Assembly (NCBI GenBank): GCA_964016885.1
Contig: OZ024743.1
Coordinates: 373,550,001-373,614,000, forward strand
DNA: 64,000 bases
Direction of reading: 5' to 3'
From: Eledone cirrhosa
Taxonomy: Eukaryota
How positions within the stretch are numbered: the stretch's first letter is position 1; each line of letters opens with the position of its first letter. Shown piece by piece: positions 1 through 11,546 of this stretch. The position numbers and the translations under genes are program-made. The notes below the pieces were generated by a model that was not told the DNA's origin, ran no database searches, and saw nothing but the letters and a program-made list of their open reading frames with translations.

Positions 1-702
1 TCTCTTTCACATTACATGTCCATACCTTTGGTCTATCTCTTTCACATTAGATGTCCATACCTTTGGTCTATCTCTTTCACAACACTACATGTCCATACCT
101 TTGGTCTATCTCTTTCACATTACATGTCCATACCTTTGGTCTATCTCTTTCACATTACATGTCCATACCTTTGGTCTATCTCTTTCTCATTAGATGTCCA
201 TACCTATGGTCTATCTCTTTCACAACATTACATGTCCATACCTTTGGTCTACCTCTTTCACATTAGATGTCCATACCTTTGGTCTATCTCTTTCACATTA
301 GATTCCATACCTTTGGTATATCTCTTTCACAACATTACATGTCCATACCTTTGGTCTATCTCTTTCACATTACATGTCCATACCTTTGGTCTATCTCTTT
401 CACATTACATGTCCATACCTTTGGTCTATCTCTTTCACATTACATGTCCATACCTTTGGTCTATCTCTTTCACATTACATGTCCATACATTTGGTCTATC
501 TCTTTCACATTACATGTCCATACCTTTGGTCTATCTCTTTCACATTACATGTCCATACCTTTGGTCTATCTCTTTCACATTACATGTCCATACCTTTGGT
601 CCATCTCTTTCACATTACATGTCCATACGTTTGGTCTATCTCTTTCACATTAGATGTCCATACCTTTGGTCTATCTCTTTCACAACATTACATGTCCATA
701 CC
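1..702. repeat. 35-bp minisatellite (ACATTACATGTCCATACCTTTGGTCTATCTCTTTC, with 38-bp variants), runs off the window start
   Basis: Direct tandem periodicity of 35 nt (TCTCTTTCAC at 1 and 36, etc.). ORFs 16..729 and neighbours are repeat translations. Confidence 0.97.
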
Positions 703-711
703 TTAGTTGTA

Positions 712-900
712 CCTTTTCCACAGCCTTAAATGTCTTATCCTGTGGTCTTCCTCTTCCACAGCGTTATTTGTACACTTGTGCTAGTGACGTGTTCTTCTTT
801 TGCACACTACATCTGATTCCTCTTATGTCCAGTTTTTCCTTCAATTTATCTGTACTTTGCCATTCATGCACACTAATGTTACACACCTGGCATACCCTTA
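712..900 (-). mobile_element. Degraded RTE-type LINE fragment (ORF2 C-terminal region)
   Basis: Minus-strand translation CNISVHEWQSTDKLKEKLDIRGIRC...GRGRP resembles CNSNIRERQSINELRKKLEIRGIRC...GIGRP of the RTE at 19198-21836. Confidence 0.8.
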
Positions 901-1005
901 TTAGGAAATGATAGTTGAAATAGGAGGTGGAGAGCATAAAGAAAGAAAAATGGAAACAAAACAAAAAAAATGGATTAATCTGCAACAAATATGTTTCTTT
1001 CTCAG

Positions 1006-1148
1006 CATGAAGCTCCCACTCGGAGACAGACCATCGCAGCTGAACATCTGCCTGCCTTTGTGTTTGATACTACTTTAGAACCCAAAGTGAGAGCAAGACT
1101 CATTGAGAAGGAAATGAATGAACAAGCTATTGTTGTTCAAGATCTCAA
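1006..1148 (+). CDS. BLTP1: BLTP1/KIAA1109 internal exon (HEAPTRRQ...RARLIEKEMNEQAIVVQDLK)
   Basis: Acceptor tttctcag|, donor |gtaagt, ends in phase 2. EKEMNEQA..V.DLK matches recalled KIAA1109 EKEMNEQAKVIDDLKKLGAS. Confidence 0.9.
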
Positions 1149-1680
1149 GTAAGTACTCTATTGATAAATTAAAATGATAGAAAAAAGACTTTGTACAAGT
1201 TATCATTGTTTAAGATCTCAAGTAACTTTGTAGACAGATTATAATTGTTTCTACTTTCGGCACAAGGCCAGCAATTATCCCAGTGTATTACTGGTACTTT
1301 ATTTTATCGACCCCGTAAGGATGAAAGGCAAAGTTAACCTCAGCGGGATTTGAACTCAGACCATATAGGACCGTAACTCTTTGCTGCAAAGCATGGCATC
1401 CGACCCTCTATCGATACTACCAGACAGATTATAATGATAGAAAACAGACTTTGTACAAATTGTTCATGATCTCAAGTAACTTTGTAGATAAATTAAAATG
1501 ATAGAAAACATACTTTGTACTAGCTATTATTGTTGGTCATGGTTTCAAGTAACTTTGTAGATAATTTAAAATGATAGAATGGAGATTGAGTACAAGTTAT
1601 TGTTCAAGATCTCAAGTAATTTTGTAGATAAATTATAATGATAGAAACTAAGACTTTGTACAAGTTATTGTTGGTCATGG
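1124..1680. repeat. Degenerate ~60-75-bp tandem repeat beginning inside the exon 3' end
   Basis: Recurrent TTGTTCAAGATCTCAAGTAA...GATAAATTAAAATGATAGAAAA..GACTTTGTACAAG units, interrupted by a SINE. Confidence 0.8.
1246..1421 (-). mobile_element. tRNA-derived SINE with Nin/Deu-like central domain
   Basis: Reverse complement has A/B-box-like head (GAGTTCAAATCCC) and GCCTTTCATCCTTACGGGGTCGATAAAATAAAGTACCAG. 14-bp TSD AGACAGATTATAAT at 1232-1245 and 1422-1435. Confidence 0.88.
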
Positions 1681-1683
1681 TAC

Positions 1684-2240
1684 GAGAGGCAAAGTTAATC
1701 TCAGCAGGATTTGAACTCGGAATGCAGTGTTTCACAACAAACACTATAAGACATCTCGTATGATATCTTACAAGTTCATCAATTCACCATCCTGGATTGG
1801 TTATTTATTTTATTGACCCTGATTGGATGAAAGGCAAAATGATATTGGCAGGATTTGAACTCGGAATGCAGAGTCAGAAAAAAATGCACTGAGGCATTAT
1901 GGGCTACGCTCTAAAAATTGCCGATGTCATTTTGCCTTTCATCCAATCAGGAGTAGTAAAATAAAATACCAACCCAGGATGGGGAATTGGTGAAATTATC
2001 AGACTATCAAATGAGATGTCTTATAGTGTTGTGACCACTGCGTTCTGAGTTCAAATCCTGCTGAAGTTAACTTTGCCTCTCATCCTTTCATGGTTGATAG
2101 AATAAAGTACCCATCCAAGGTAGTGAATTGGTGAAATTATCAGAGCATTGGAGTATTTGGTCTCTGAGTTCAAATCTCACCGAGGTCAACTTCACTTTTC
2201 ATCTTTTTGGTGTCAGTAAAATAAAATACCACTGCAGGGA
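1684..2240. mobile_element. Cluster of diverged SINE pieces forming an inverted repeat
   Basis: 1684-1850 is the imperfect reverse complement of ~1919-2081. Repeated GAGTTCAAATC...CTTTGCCTYTCATCC motifs. Confidence 0.75.
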
Positions 2241-2696
2241 TGTGGTGGTAGGGGGATTGGTAGACTTGTTAGAGCGTCATATGCTATGCTATGCAGTATT
2301 TCTTTCAGTTCTTCATGTTCTGAGTTCAAATCCCAGTGTGGCCTACTTAGGTGGTAGACATATTCTGTTGCCCAGTTTAACACCAACACTTGACCCTTGG
2401 TCATCTTTAGAGTCAGTTCTGTTGTAATTATTCAGGTTAGGTCTCCAGTTTAGGAATACCTTTCTCTCTTCCACCCACCAGTTTTGGAGGCCTTGAAAAT
2501 GTATAATCTATTACATCCCTTTAAGGTGGTGCCTTAGCATGGCTGCAATATAATGATTGAAACTAATGAAAGAAATAGAAAGAAGTTAATAAAGCCTTCC
2601 CTTTTAACTAGGATTTAATTAATTAATTAGTTTTGTGTTTCTTTTTCTGTTTTTCATTAATTCCTCATATGTTTGCAACAATTGTTTTCTCTCCAG

Positions 2697-2820
2697 ACAA
2701 CTCGGTGCATCACAGTCAGTTGTTGACATAGAAATCAGAAAACTGGAAGGCTTACAAATGCTATTATTCAATGATTTTCGAAGAGATGTTCTGAATAAAT
2801 TGAAAAAACAGGGAGAAAAG
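2697..2820 (+). CDS. BLTP1: BLTP1 exon (QLGASQSVVDIEIRKLEGLQMLLFNDFRRDVLNKLKKQGEK)
   Basis: ctccag| acceptor, |gtttgt donor, phase 2 to 0 continues the frame. Matches recalled KIAA1109 LGAS...NDIRRDVRKKL. Confidence 0.92.
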
Positions 2821-2939
2821 GTTTGTTTTTTTAATTTTTGCTTTTCTCAGATTTTATTTAACCTTTTTAATACCAACCCAGCTAAAAACTGCTTCTGGTT
2901 CTATGAAACCAAATCATCCATTTTAAGCCTTTCAGTACC

Positions 2940-3050
2940 TCTGAGAGGGTCATGGGGGAAGAGTCCTCAAACACTCCTTCCAGCAGGTCCTGTCAGAAGC
3001 AACTGTCTCTAATTGATCTGGCTGGATCCCCAAACAAGACCAACAGAACT
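2940..3050 (-). mobile_element. 3' fragment of a second RTE family
   Basis: Similar to 8655-8935 and 37040-37385 (CTGAGAGGGTCRTGGGG...AGTCCTCAAAYACTCCTTCCAGCAG). Confidence 0.75.
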
Positions 3051-3279
3051 ACTGTCCTCTCAGACAGGCCAAGGGCTCACTTCTCACATTCATTTCTGCA
3101 CTCTAACCGAATGCACTGAGTGCATTTTATTGTGGCATCACCACTAGGTATGTTGGAATGTCTTCAACACCACTGAAGAGTCTTCCCAACCACTTAACAG
3201 AGTGTACTTGGTGTAATTATGTAAATATAAGACTTGTATTTAATGTTTGTTATATGCTGTTACTCTTCATTATATTTTG

Positions 3280-3466
3280 GTGGTGGATTGGCAGTATCGG
3301 TAGAGGGTCAGATGCCATGCTTTGCAGCAAAGAGTTACGGCCCTTTATGATCTGAGTTCAAATCCCGCCGAGGTTAACTTTGCCTTTCATCCTTACGGGG
3401 TCGATAAAATAAAGTACCATTAATACACTGGGATAATTGCAGGCCTTGTGCCAAAAGTAGAAACAA
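3280..3466 (+). mobile_element. tRNA-derived SINE (same family as 1246-1421)
   Basis: GGTGGATTGGCAGTATCGGTAGAG...GAGTTCAAATCCCGCCGAGGTTAACTTTGCCTTTCATCC, flanked by an ATTATATTTT duplication. Confidence 0.88.
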
Positions 3467-3498
3467 TTATATTTTTTATTGAATTATTCCTTTTCTAG

Positions 3499-3596
3499 GC
3501 TTCTGTACTTAAGGACACTTTGGGTCTTGGACATAAACCTACTCACTCTAGGTCCAAATCATTTGGTGGGCATCATCCACGAAGACACCATAGAAG
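3499..3596 (+). CDS. BLTP1: BLTP1 exon (ASVLKDTLGLGHKPTHSRSKSFGGHHPRRHHR)
   Basis: ttttctag| and |gtgagt, phase 0 to 2. Matches recalled ASLKDKWGLSYKPSYSRSKS. Confidence 0.92.
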
Positions 3597-4045
3597 GTGA
3601 GTGAAAGTTTGTCAATATTCATGTTATTTGGTTGATAGTTTTAGATAGATATTTGGTGTGTGAGAGCATTTCAATATTGTGATATAGGAACTGAGTATAT
3701 ATTCATGTCTTAGCTTTTGAGATGTTGTGTTGGCAGAGTTATTAGAGCATTAGATAGAATGCTCTGTGTTATTTGTTCCTGTTCTCTGTGCTCGGAGTTC
3801 AAATTCTGCTGAGGACAACTTTGCCTTTCGTCCTTTTGAGGTTGATTAAAAAAAGTACCAGTCAAGTACTGGAGTTGATTTTTCTTCTATATTTCTTTCT
3901 CATTCTGTGGAAGAAATTGGAGAGGAGATGGGGTCTGTCAAGATTAAAATGCCCAAGAAAGCCATATGTCATTATGGTACTTGTAAGACTTCATCATGAG
4001 TTACGGGTTCATACTAAAAATAGCTTTTATTATTATATTTTATAA

Positions 4046-4260
4046 GGTCGGTGGATTGGCAGTATCGGTAGAGGGTCGGACGCCATGCTTTCCAGCATAG
4101 TTACGTCCCTTTACGAACTGAGTTCAAATCTCGCCGAGGTTGACTTTGCCTTTCATCCTTATGGGGTCAATAAGATAAAGCACCAGTAATGCACTGGTGT
4201 CGATTTAATCGACTACCCCCTTCCCAAAAATGATTGGCCTTGTGCCTAAATCCTAAATCA
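4046..4260 (+). mobile_element. tRNA-derived SINE (same family)
   Basis: Same head and central domain as 3280-3466. Older copies lie at ~3726-3880, 7574-7785, 13295-13445, 27116-27225 and 32080-32160. Confidence 0.85.
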
Positions 4261-4261
4261 C

Positions 4262-4690
4262 TATTATAAGCAAATGGGGGCCATCATGCTGCCCCCCCCC
4301 CCCCCATGGCTCCAGCAGACACAATAGAGAAGGCATTTCCAATGTAGTTAAATGTGTGTCTAAGTATAGATATCAGCAACCTATACTATCACTACCCTAG
4401 TGATGCATGCCTGGATAAATATGGGAGAATACTCTCTACTGTGTAGAAAACCAGGCACAAGCTGCTTCATGGTCCTAGAGGACTGAATGGAGAAAGTGTT
4501 ACTCTGGAGGATAGTGAGAGAGACATGTTGAAAGAAATAGACATTCCAACTTGTGGGGCTCATCCCTACTGTGGTTGACCAAGAACACCAGAAGTCTCTA
4601 CTGCTATAGGTTCAATGAGACAAACCACTTGGTAAATGGTTGATACTTCAACAGCTTGAGATCTTCAGTTTGTTAGGCAGCTAGTGCAAA
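4262..4690 (-). mobile_element. Degraded 3' end of a CRE-like non-LTR retrotransposon (restriction-like endonuclease region)
   Basis: Minus strand reads, with frameshifts, EDLKLLKYQ...PIAVETSGVLG...FQHVSLTILQSN, like the CRE-clade KY..F.P.A.ET.G..G...QR.S..IQRGN pattern. Shares a terminal ATTTGCTTATAATAGT with 27246-27462. Confidence 0.62.
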
Positions 4691-5264
4691 TAATATCTGT
4701 AAATATAGCATGTAAAATAAATTAATTATTCTCAGAAGTTTCTTAGAATAATGCCAATAATTACAATATCAGTTCCATATAATGTTTTTAATTAGAATTT
4801 CATGCAGGATAAAAAATATTTACTGATTTATAATGTTTGATAAATCAGTAAAGCCTTTTGTTTTTGTTGTATGTATGTGTTGTGTGCGTATGTATGTGTG
4901 TGTGTGTACATGTATTTATGTATGTATGTGATGTATGTATGTATGTGTGTCTTGTTGTTTTTGTTATGTTGGACAATGATTTCTAATGATTCCACTGTCT
5001 TCTCTACATTTCATTCAGGATAGTTTTGACACCATCTACACCTCTACACCTCTTCACTATATGCATGTTACAGTCTCATCTCTCATTTGGTCATCTTACT
5101 ACTGTTACTACCATTTCTTGAATAGGTAGATCAACTAATATCAACTGCATGTTAATCATCTCATCTCAGGATTACTGATGGGTGTGTCTGTATGTATGTA
5201 TGTATGTATGTGTATGTATGTGTGTGTGTGTGTCTGTATGTATGTATGTATGTATGTGTATGTA

Positions 5265-5295
<31 letters not shown>

Positions 5296-5355
5296 ATGTA
5301 TGTATATATATATATATATATGTTATTCCGGGTTCAATCGGGGGTAACCACAGTC

Positions 5356-5406
5356 AGCTTCCTGATGATTTCGCACAAATGAAACAGTTCTAGTCCTGTA
5401 GAAGCT
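5356..5406 (+). ncRNA. Type I hammerhead ribozyme motif
   Basis: AGCTTC-CTGATGA-TTTcgcacAAAT-GAAA-CAG ttctagtc CTG-TA-GAAGCT: 6-bp stem I, intact core, stem III, GUA cleavage triplet. Confidence 0.8.
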
Positions 5407-5407
5407 T

Positions 5408-5456
<49 letters not shown>

Positions 5457-5859
5457 CACACACACATCTCAGGATTACAGATGGGTGTGTTTGTCTGCAT
5501 ATATGTGTGTCTGTGTGTGTATATATAAGTATACACTGTTCATGTGGTTGGCATTAGGAAGGGCATCCTACCATAGAAACCAAACCAGAAACAGTTCTGT
5601 GAGCAACATGTAACATGGTAAAATGGGACGGTCAGATTATATTGGTGTGAATCTTAAATAATTTCTGTTTCAGTAAAATAATTTATTCCTGAATAATTCA
5701 ATAATGAATTAATTTTAATCAATAGTATATTTACCATTATTCTGAATCACCTATTGCCATTTATCAGGTAGCTTGTTCATTCCTCTTTTGGACATTTAGG
5801 ATTCTGTTATTTGGGATTGTGATCAGTACTTACTTGAACAATATGTGTCAATACAATAA

Positions 5860-6060
5860 ACACACACACGCATACACACACACACACATACACGCACACA
5901 CATGCATACACACACACATGCATACACACACACATGCAAACACACACACATGCAAACACACACACATGCAAACACACACACATGCAAACACACACACATG
6001 CAAACACACACACATGCAAACACACACACATGCAAACACACACACACACACATGCACACA
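5860..6060. repeat. (CA)n-derived compound microsatellite (CACACACACATGCAAA units)
   Basis: Directly visible. Explains ORFs 5807-6087. Confidence 0.95.
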
Positions 6061-6698
6061 TTGGGCATTACAAACCTAATTTATTGAAATTCCTTTGGGT
6101 TGGCTATAGTTAAATTAAAGTCTGTCCCAAGTTGAGAAGTTCAACAGGCATTAAGTTACTATGACCCAAGCCCAGCTCACCAGGCCAGTATGTTAAGTTA
6201 AAATCTGTCGCAAGTTCAGAATCTCATTAGGTCAAACTTATCCTGGTTTCATTGGTGTCAAGCAATTGAGAATATAAGACAGGGTGCCAGACACAGGGTA
6301 TCACAGAGTTACCCCCCCCCCCCCCCCAGCTGTTAGTAATTCTCTTGGCACTAATATTTAGCTGAATGAACTGGAGCAACATGAAATAAAGTGCTTCGCT
6401 CAAGAACACATGCCACCTGATCTAAGAATCAAACTCATGACCTTATGATTGTGAACCTAACACCTTAACCACTAACAGTATGAATGAATGTATCATAGGT
6501 TGAGTATGATGATGATGATGATCACAGCATTAGATGATGATGTTAGAATCTATGAATGAATTTTAAACAAAGATCATAAGAATGAAAAAAAAAAATACAA
6601 ATGAAGTACAAACAAAAAAAAACATAATTTGCATGTATATCTCAAAGGAGGATTCTGTTTTTGAGTATTATGATGTCTACTTTTTCTTCCATTAACAG

Positions 6699-6827
6699 CG
6701 AATCTAATGGCAAAGCTCATATTTTGCGACACACAGAAGGCCTGGCCGAAGGCTCGTCTTCTGAGATTAAATCTCTAATTACGCATGCCGAAATGCCATT
6801 TGAGTCGTCACCTGACACATCTCCTGG
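6699..6827 (+). CDS. BLTP1: BLTP1 exon, low-conservation linker (ESNGKAHILRHTEGLAEGSSSEIKSLITHAEMPFESSPDTSP)
   Basis: tttttcttccattaacag| and |gtatgc, open in the required phase (2 to 2). Support is from splice signals and frame only. Confidence 0.72.
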
Positions 6828-7852
6828 GTATGCCTGTCACTTCTACCAAATCTCTCTTGGGTTTTCTTCTTTATATTTCTTCTCTCTTCTTTATATCTCT
6901 TCTCTCTTTCACTCTTAGACACTCTCTAGTTTTTGTAGTTCTTGTAGCTGTTGCATGCTGCTTTCTATAATCTGCAATAATTATTCTTTGCATTGTTTTG
7001 CTGCAAATGTTATAATGTTTTGTCTATATAATTTACTGATTCTGGTTGCCTACTCATTAGCTATGTGTGTATATATTCAGTTTTGTTTTTTTGTGTGTGT
7101 ATCCCCATTTTTTAAAATTTTATTTTATGAATCAATTTTATTTTTGAAATGTTTTATTTTATTTGTATTTTTGTTTATTATTTTTCTTTCTGTAAGCTAT
7201 TCTAGGTGACTGGGGAAAATCAAGTTGAACAATGGGATGTTAAACTGTTTTGAAAAAAAAAATCCTGCTTTTCTCCCCTTCTTTTCAATAGAACAATTTC
7301 AATCCAATCTGTTCCCCCCACTCATGCTGGTTTTCATTAAAACAATAAAAATAAGTATCAGTTGATAAAATAAGGGAAACATTGATGTAACTTAGCCTTT
7401 GATATGATCACTGTAAAAGAATAAAAGGGTTGAGATTAATATCTAATCCTTTTGGTAGAATATTTCTAATGAAAAATGTTGCCTAAGATTTTCAACTAAC
7501 TTTGAAAATAATCAAGAATTTAGGCGGGTTTAGTAAAATAACTAATTTCCTTATTATTAAGATGGTATTCAAGATGGTGGTTTAGCAGAGTTGTTAGTGT
7601 CAGACAATGCTTTGCAGTTTTTAGGTACGGCTTTTTACATTCTGAGTTCAAATTCCACCAAGGTTAACTTTGCCTTTCATCCTTCTGGGTTGATAAAATA
7701 AGGTACCAGTTAAGTATTGGGGTTAATATAATTAACTTTCTTCTTCCCTCAAACTGTTGGCCTTGTGTCAATATTAGAAAGAATTACTTGGTGTTCAGAA
7801 AATAACAAGGCTCTTACATAAAATTAAGATGAAAGACATCTTAGATAAACAC

Positions 7853-8062
7853 TTTAATCCTTTCATCAGCATATTTCTAATGAAAAATACTGCCTAAGAT
7901 TTTCAGTGAAATTTGAAAATATTTAAGAATTTGGGTAGATTTGGTAATATAACTAATTTTCTCACTAGAAGGTTCTTAGATAAATATAAACATTTCAAGA
8001 TAAACAATTCTGAATTGTAGAACTAAAAGCAGTTTCAGGTAGTTTGGTATCAAAAGGGTTAA
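7853..8062. mobile_element. piggyBac-like MITE (TTAA-flanked); SINE-interrupted relative at 7444-7850
   Basis: TTAA-TCCTTT...AAAAGGG-TTAA ends. Internal sequence repeats at 7444-7560 and 14806-14850. Confidence 0.55.
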
Positions 8063-8443
8063 GCTCAAATTTTCAAAAGTGGCTGTTATGGAATGGGGAA
8101 TAGAGGAGGGGGAACTTTCAAAATTTAAAATAAATTATTTTTATATTAGAGTGTTACTTGACATACAACAGGTAATTTTGGAGGGATATACTTTTGCTAT
8201 TGTGGGTGACATCAAGTTTGGTAAAACAATTATATTTGAAATAAATCCTAATTTAAAAAATAGAAATAATTATTGCCTTAAAATAACATTGAAAAAGCTA
8301 CATTTATTATTTCTATATTTGTAATAAGTATGTTATCAATAAAAATGATAGTGTAATACACTGATAATGAGAGGGGGGTATTTTATGAAAAAAATCAAAA
8401 CATTTCCAATTGAGCTGTATTTTCACTATATAAGTTAAATAAT

Positions 8444-8631
8444 TGTTTCTACTTTTTGGCACAAGGCCAGCAATTACCCAGTACATTACTGGTACTTTAT
8501 TTTATCGACCCCCGTAAGGATGAAAGGCAAAGTTAACCTCGGCGGGATTTGAACTCAGACCGTAAAGGGACATAACTATGCTGGAAAGCATGGCGTCCGA
8601 CTCTCTACCGATACTGCCAATATACCGATTG
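8444..8631 (-). mobile_element. tRNA-derived SINE (same family)
   Basis: Near-identical to 1246-1421. 15-bp TSD TATAAGTTAAATAAT at 8429-8443 and 8632-8646. Confidence 0.9.
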
Positions 8632-8654
8632 TATAAGTTAAATAATGAAATCAT

Positions 8655-8935
8655 CTTCTTCTTCTTTGCCCACTTATTCCTGAGAGGGTCGAGGGGATGG
8701 AGTCCTCAAACACTCCTTCCAGCAGCTCCTGTGAGAAGCAACCGTCTCCAACTGATCCAGCTAGATCCCCAAGTGAGACCAGCCAAGCTCATGGATGTTA
8801 TCCAACCACCTTGCTCTGGGTCTCCTGCCGGTTGGTTTTGCCCATAATATCTGCCCAGCAATTCTTTCCAGAGACATTCTAACCACATGTCCATAGTATC
8901 GGAGCTGTGATCTCTCAATTCGGAGAAGTAGCGAA
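8655..8935 (-). mobile_element. 3' end of second RTE (BovB-like) family with (GAA)n tail
   Basis: Translation RIERSQLRYYGHVVRMSLERIAGQILWAKPTGRRPRARWLDNI is a typical RTE ORF2 C-terminus. (CTT)n on the + strand marks the tail. Confidence 0.85.
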
Positions 8936-9621
8936 ATCATTATATAAATAAAATATAAAAATATGAAAAATAAATAAATATAAACAGATAAATAATTAAC
9001 TTGTACAAATGCAGTAAGCTTTTGCGAGTTGTTCATATGTTCCTTTGTGTGTGTATATCTCAATTTGCCATTTAATATTACGGGGGGAATATTTATAACA
9101 TTCCAAAGGAGTTGGACAAACAGAAATCATACACTGTAAATTATATTAATAGATGAACTGTAGTGGCAGAGAAAGATGCATTCACCACCATGAGGAGATA
9201 GTAAGAGATGTTGTTCTGTGCTAACCATTAGATGGATACACAAATATAGGTAGAAGGAAAAGAAATAACACTGATAACCTACTGGAAGATACCAGAGTGG
9301 ATAGTGTAGGAGAGCTGAAAATGGTGATGGTTGATAGTTTTGGAAGGTGTCCTGTCTGTCAGTACAGATAGATTGAGGACATAGAATTGGAAGTACACTG
9401 TTGTAATAGGGATCATAGTGACCCAGCAAGTGATAGATGTGTGTGCTTTCAGTTACTTTCACTAGCCTTGGTCTAGTTTTCTCTGCTTATTATGCTTGGT
9501 ATTTTATATTTGTGGTTTTATTTTAACTCCTTGTGTTTCTTCTACTATCTCTCTCTCCCCTTGACTCTTTTTCCTCCCTTACTCCCCCAATTTGTCTATA
9601 TGTAATATATATATATATATG

Positions 9622-9679
<58 letters not shown>

Positions 9680-9776
9680 TGCTAGCGTGGAAGAACGGAC
9701 GTAAAACGGTGATGATGATATATATATATAATATATATATATGTAATATATATATATATATATATTCATATTTACA

Positions 9777-9913
9777 CAGGTTGGACCAAAAGTCACGATA
9801 CATAGGAAAAATAATTGTTTTTATTAGAAAAGAACATGATAAAAAATAAATAAATATGCAAACTTAAAAATGTAATTATTTTTCCTATGTATTGCGACTT
9901 TTGGTCCAGCCTT
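9777..9913. mobile_element. Tc1/mariner-like MITE
   Basis: ~40-bp imperfect TIRs CAGGTTGGACCAAAAGTCACGATACATAGGAAAAATAATT / AATTATTTTTCCTATGTATTGCGACTTTTGGTCCAGCCTT in TA-rich context. Confidence 0.7.
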
Positions 9914-11089
9914 TATATATAGTATAGTTCTAATTGAAATAGAAGCAACTAGTCAATATCTGTTATCTCAGCCAACTTGGTAAGTGTTTTGTCTCTAATA
10001 ATATTCTATAGTAATCAAATATAAAATCAAGATAGCCCAGTTGAAAAACTGTTGCTTGAATCGTTAATAATGGAAATACTTCCATTAATTTGAACAACAT
10101 TTCTCAGTGCATGTCATGACATGTAAGCAGGGTTCTACATTTAATTTTCCTTGCTTTGTTCAGGTGAAACTCAATCCTGGTTGAGTAGATGGAATATTAG
10201 CAAGAGTATTCAGTTACACATAGCTTAAATTCCTCTTAGAATTTTGGCCAATTCATGAATTTTTAGATCTACTCAACTTTTGCAGCATTTATATATATAT
10301 ATATATAGTGGAAACAAGAACGAAATGAGACATCATTGTATTATTAGTTGACGGGTGTTTCACAGGCATTCAGGACTCAAAAGCCATTTGAGATTTAATG
10401 CCAAGAAGGAATGGACAAACATTGCAAGAACTGGTCAAACTTTATATGGGGCAAATGACTTTCATATCTATATATATGTATATATATGGATTTTTACTTT
10501 TTGTTAAATCTTATTTTACATATTTCATAATTTGGACCTCTGTCCCCCAAAAGGTTATGTGTATCCTCGTTGTTAAAGTATGTGCACTATATCCTTGCAT
10601 GTCATAAGAGGTAACTAAAAGGAATTATGTCAGAGTGGGCCTGTGTCTGTATAACACTGCCTCAAAAGTTTCTGTCCAGCCCAATCCAGTTTGGAAAAGC
10701 AGCTGTAAAAACAATAATGAATTATTATTTAAACATCTAACATTTTTTTTTTGTAGTAATTTTTTGTATCTTAATTTTGTAAATGTGGTTGGTGTGGTTG
10801 GCCAAATTTACAGTTCCGTTTGAGCAAAGTATGGTGAACCCAATCTGGCCAGACTTGTCTCAAGATGTGGACGCCTCGTCTAACCCATGCTAGCATGGAA
10901 AATGGACGTTAAAGGGTGATGATGACAGAAGGCACAGGATTCCTAACTGCATGTCATGACAAATGGTGGGTTAAGTAATATTGTTTACACACAACTAGAT
11001 GTTGAGTTAGTAGCTGTTTTTACTGAAGTCTGCTTGGTCACTTAAAGACACCTCCACTATTTTGTGGTTGAAATATTTACCAGGATTAC

Positions 11090-11121
<32 letters not shown>

Positions 11122-11330
11122 AAAATTAGCTGTAGAAATCTATTGTTCCAACAATATCTAGAGTTTTCAAAATCTATCTTAGTTTAGGAAAAAGATTGTC
11201 AAACAGTTTTTGTCTCTTCACCCCATGTATATTTAAAATTCACTCCCTCCTCCTTTTTTTCTCTTGCAATTCATTGTTCTGCTACTTTTATATCTCTTTC
11301 TCTTTCCTGTGTAATTTCTTAATACCTTAG

Positions 11331-11540
11331 CTCACCTGATACTAACAATATTTTTGACTTCCGCAATGGAAGTAGCAGCCTCCAGGAACCAACAAGACAT
11401 CATTCCTTACGCTGTCCAGTTTCCCACAGACCATATAACCTTCACGACATCTTGTCTTCCAGTTCAGAGGCATCATTATCTTCAGATGAGGAATTATCTC
11501 TTGACCAGAAAGAACCTTTCCAACCGCTACATCCAGCAAA
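11331..11540 (+). CDS. BLTP1: BLTP1 exon, Ser-rich linker (SPDTNNIFDFRNGSSSLQEP...SSSSEASLSSDEELSLDQKEPFQPLHPA)
   Basis: Long pyrimidine tract, ccttag| acceptor, perfect |gtaagt donor, 210 nt open in phase 2 to 2. Confidence 0.75.
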
Positions 11541-11546
11541 GTAAGT

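Noticed and set aside
16-911. ORFs of 71-237 aa in the 35-bp repeat
   Set aside because: Translations of a stop-poor minisatellite in rotating frames.
3280-3375. tRNA genes
   Set aside because: A/B boxes belong to SINE heads followed by a shared body and TSDs; no complete cloverleaf.
9150-9470. Unique-looking purine-rich segment as exon or editing-complementary sequence
   Set aside because: No phase-compatible open exon with good splice sites, and only short chance-level complementarity to nearby exons by eye.
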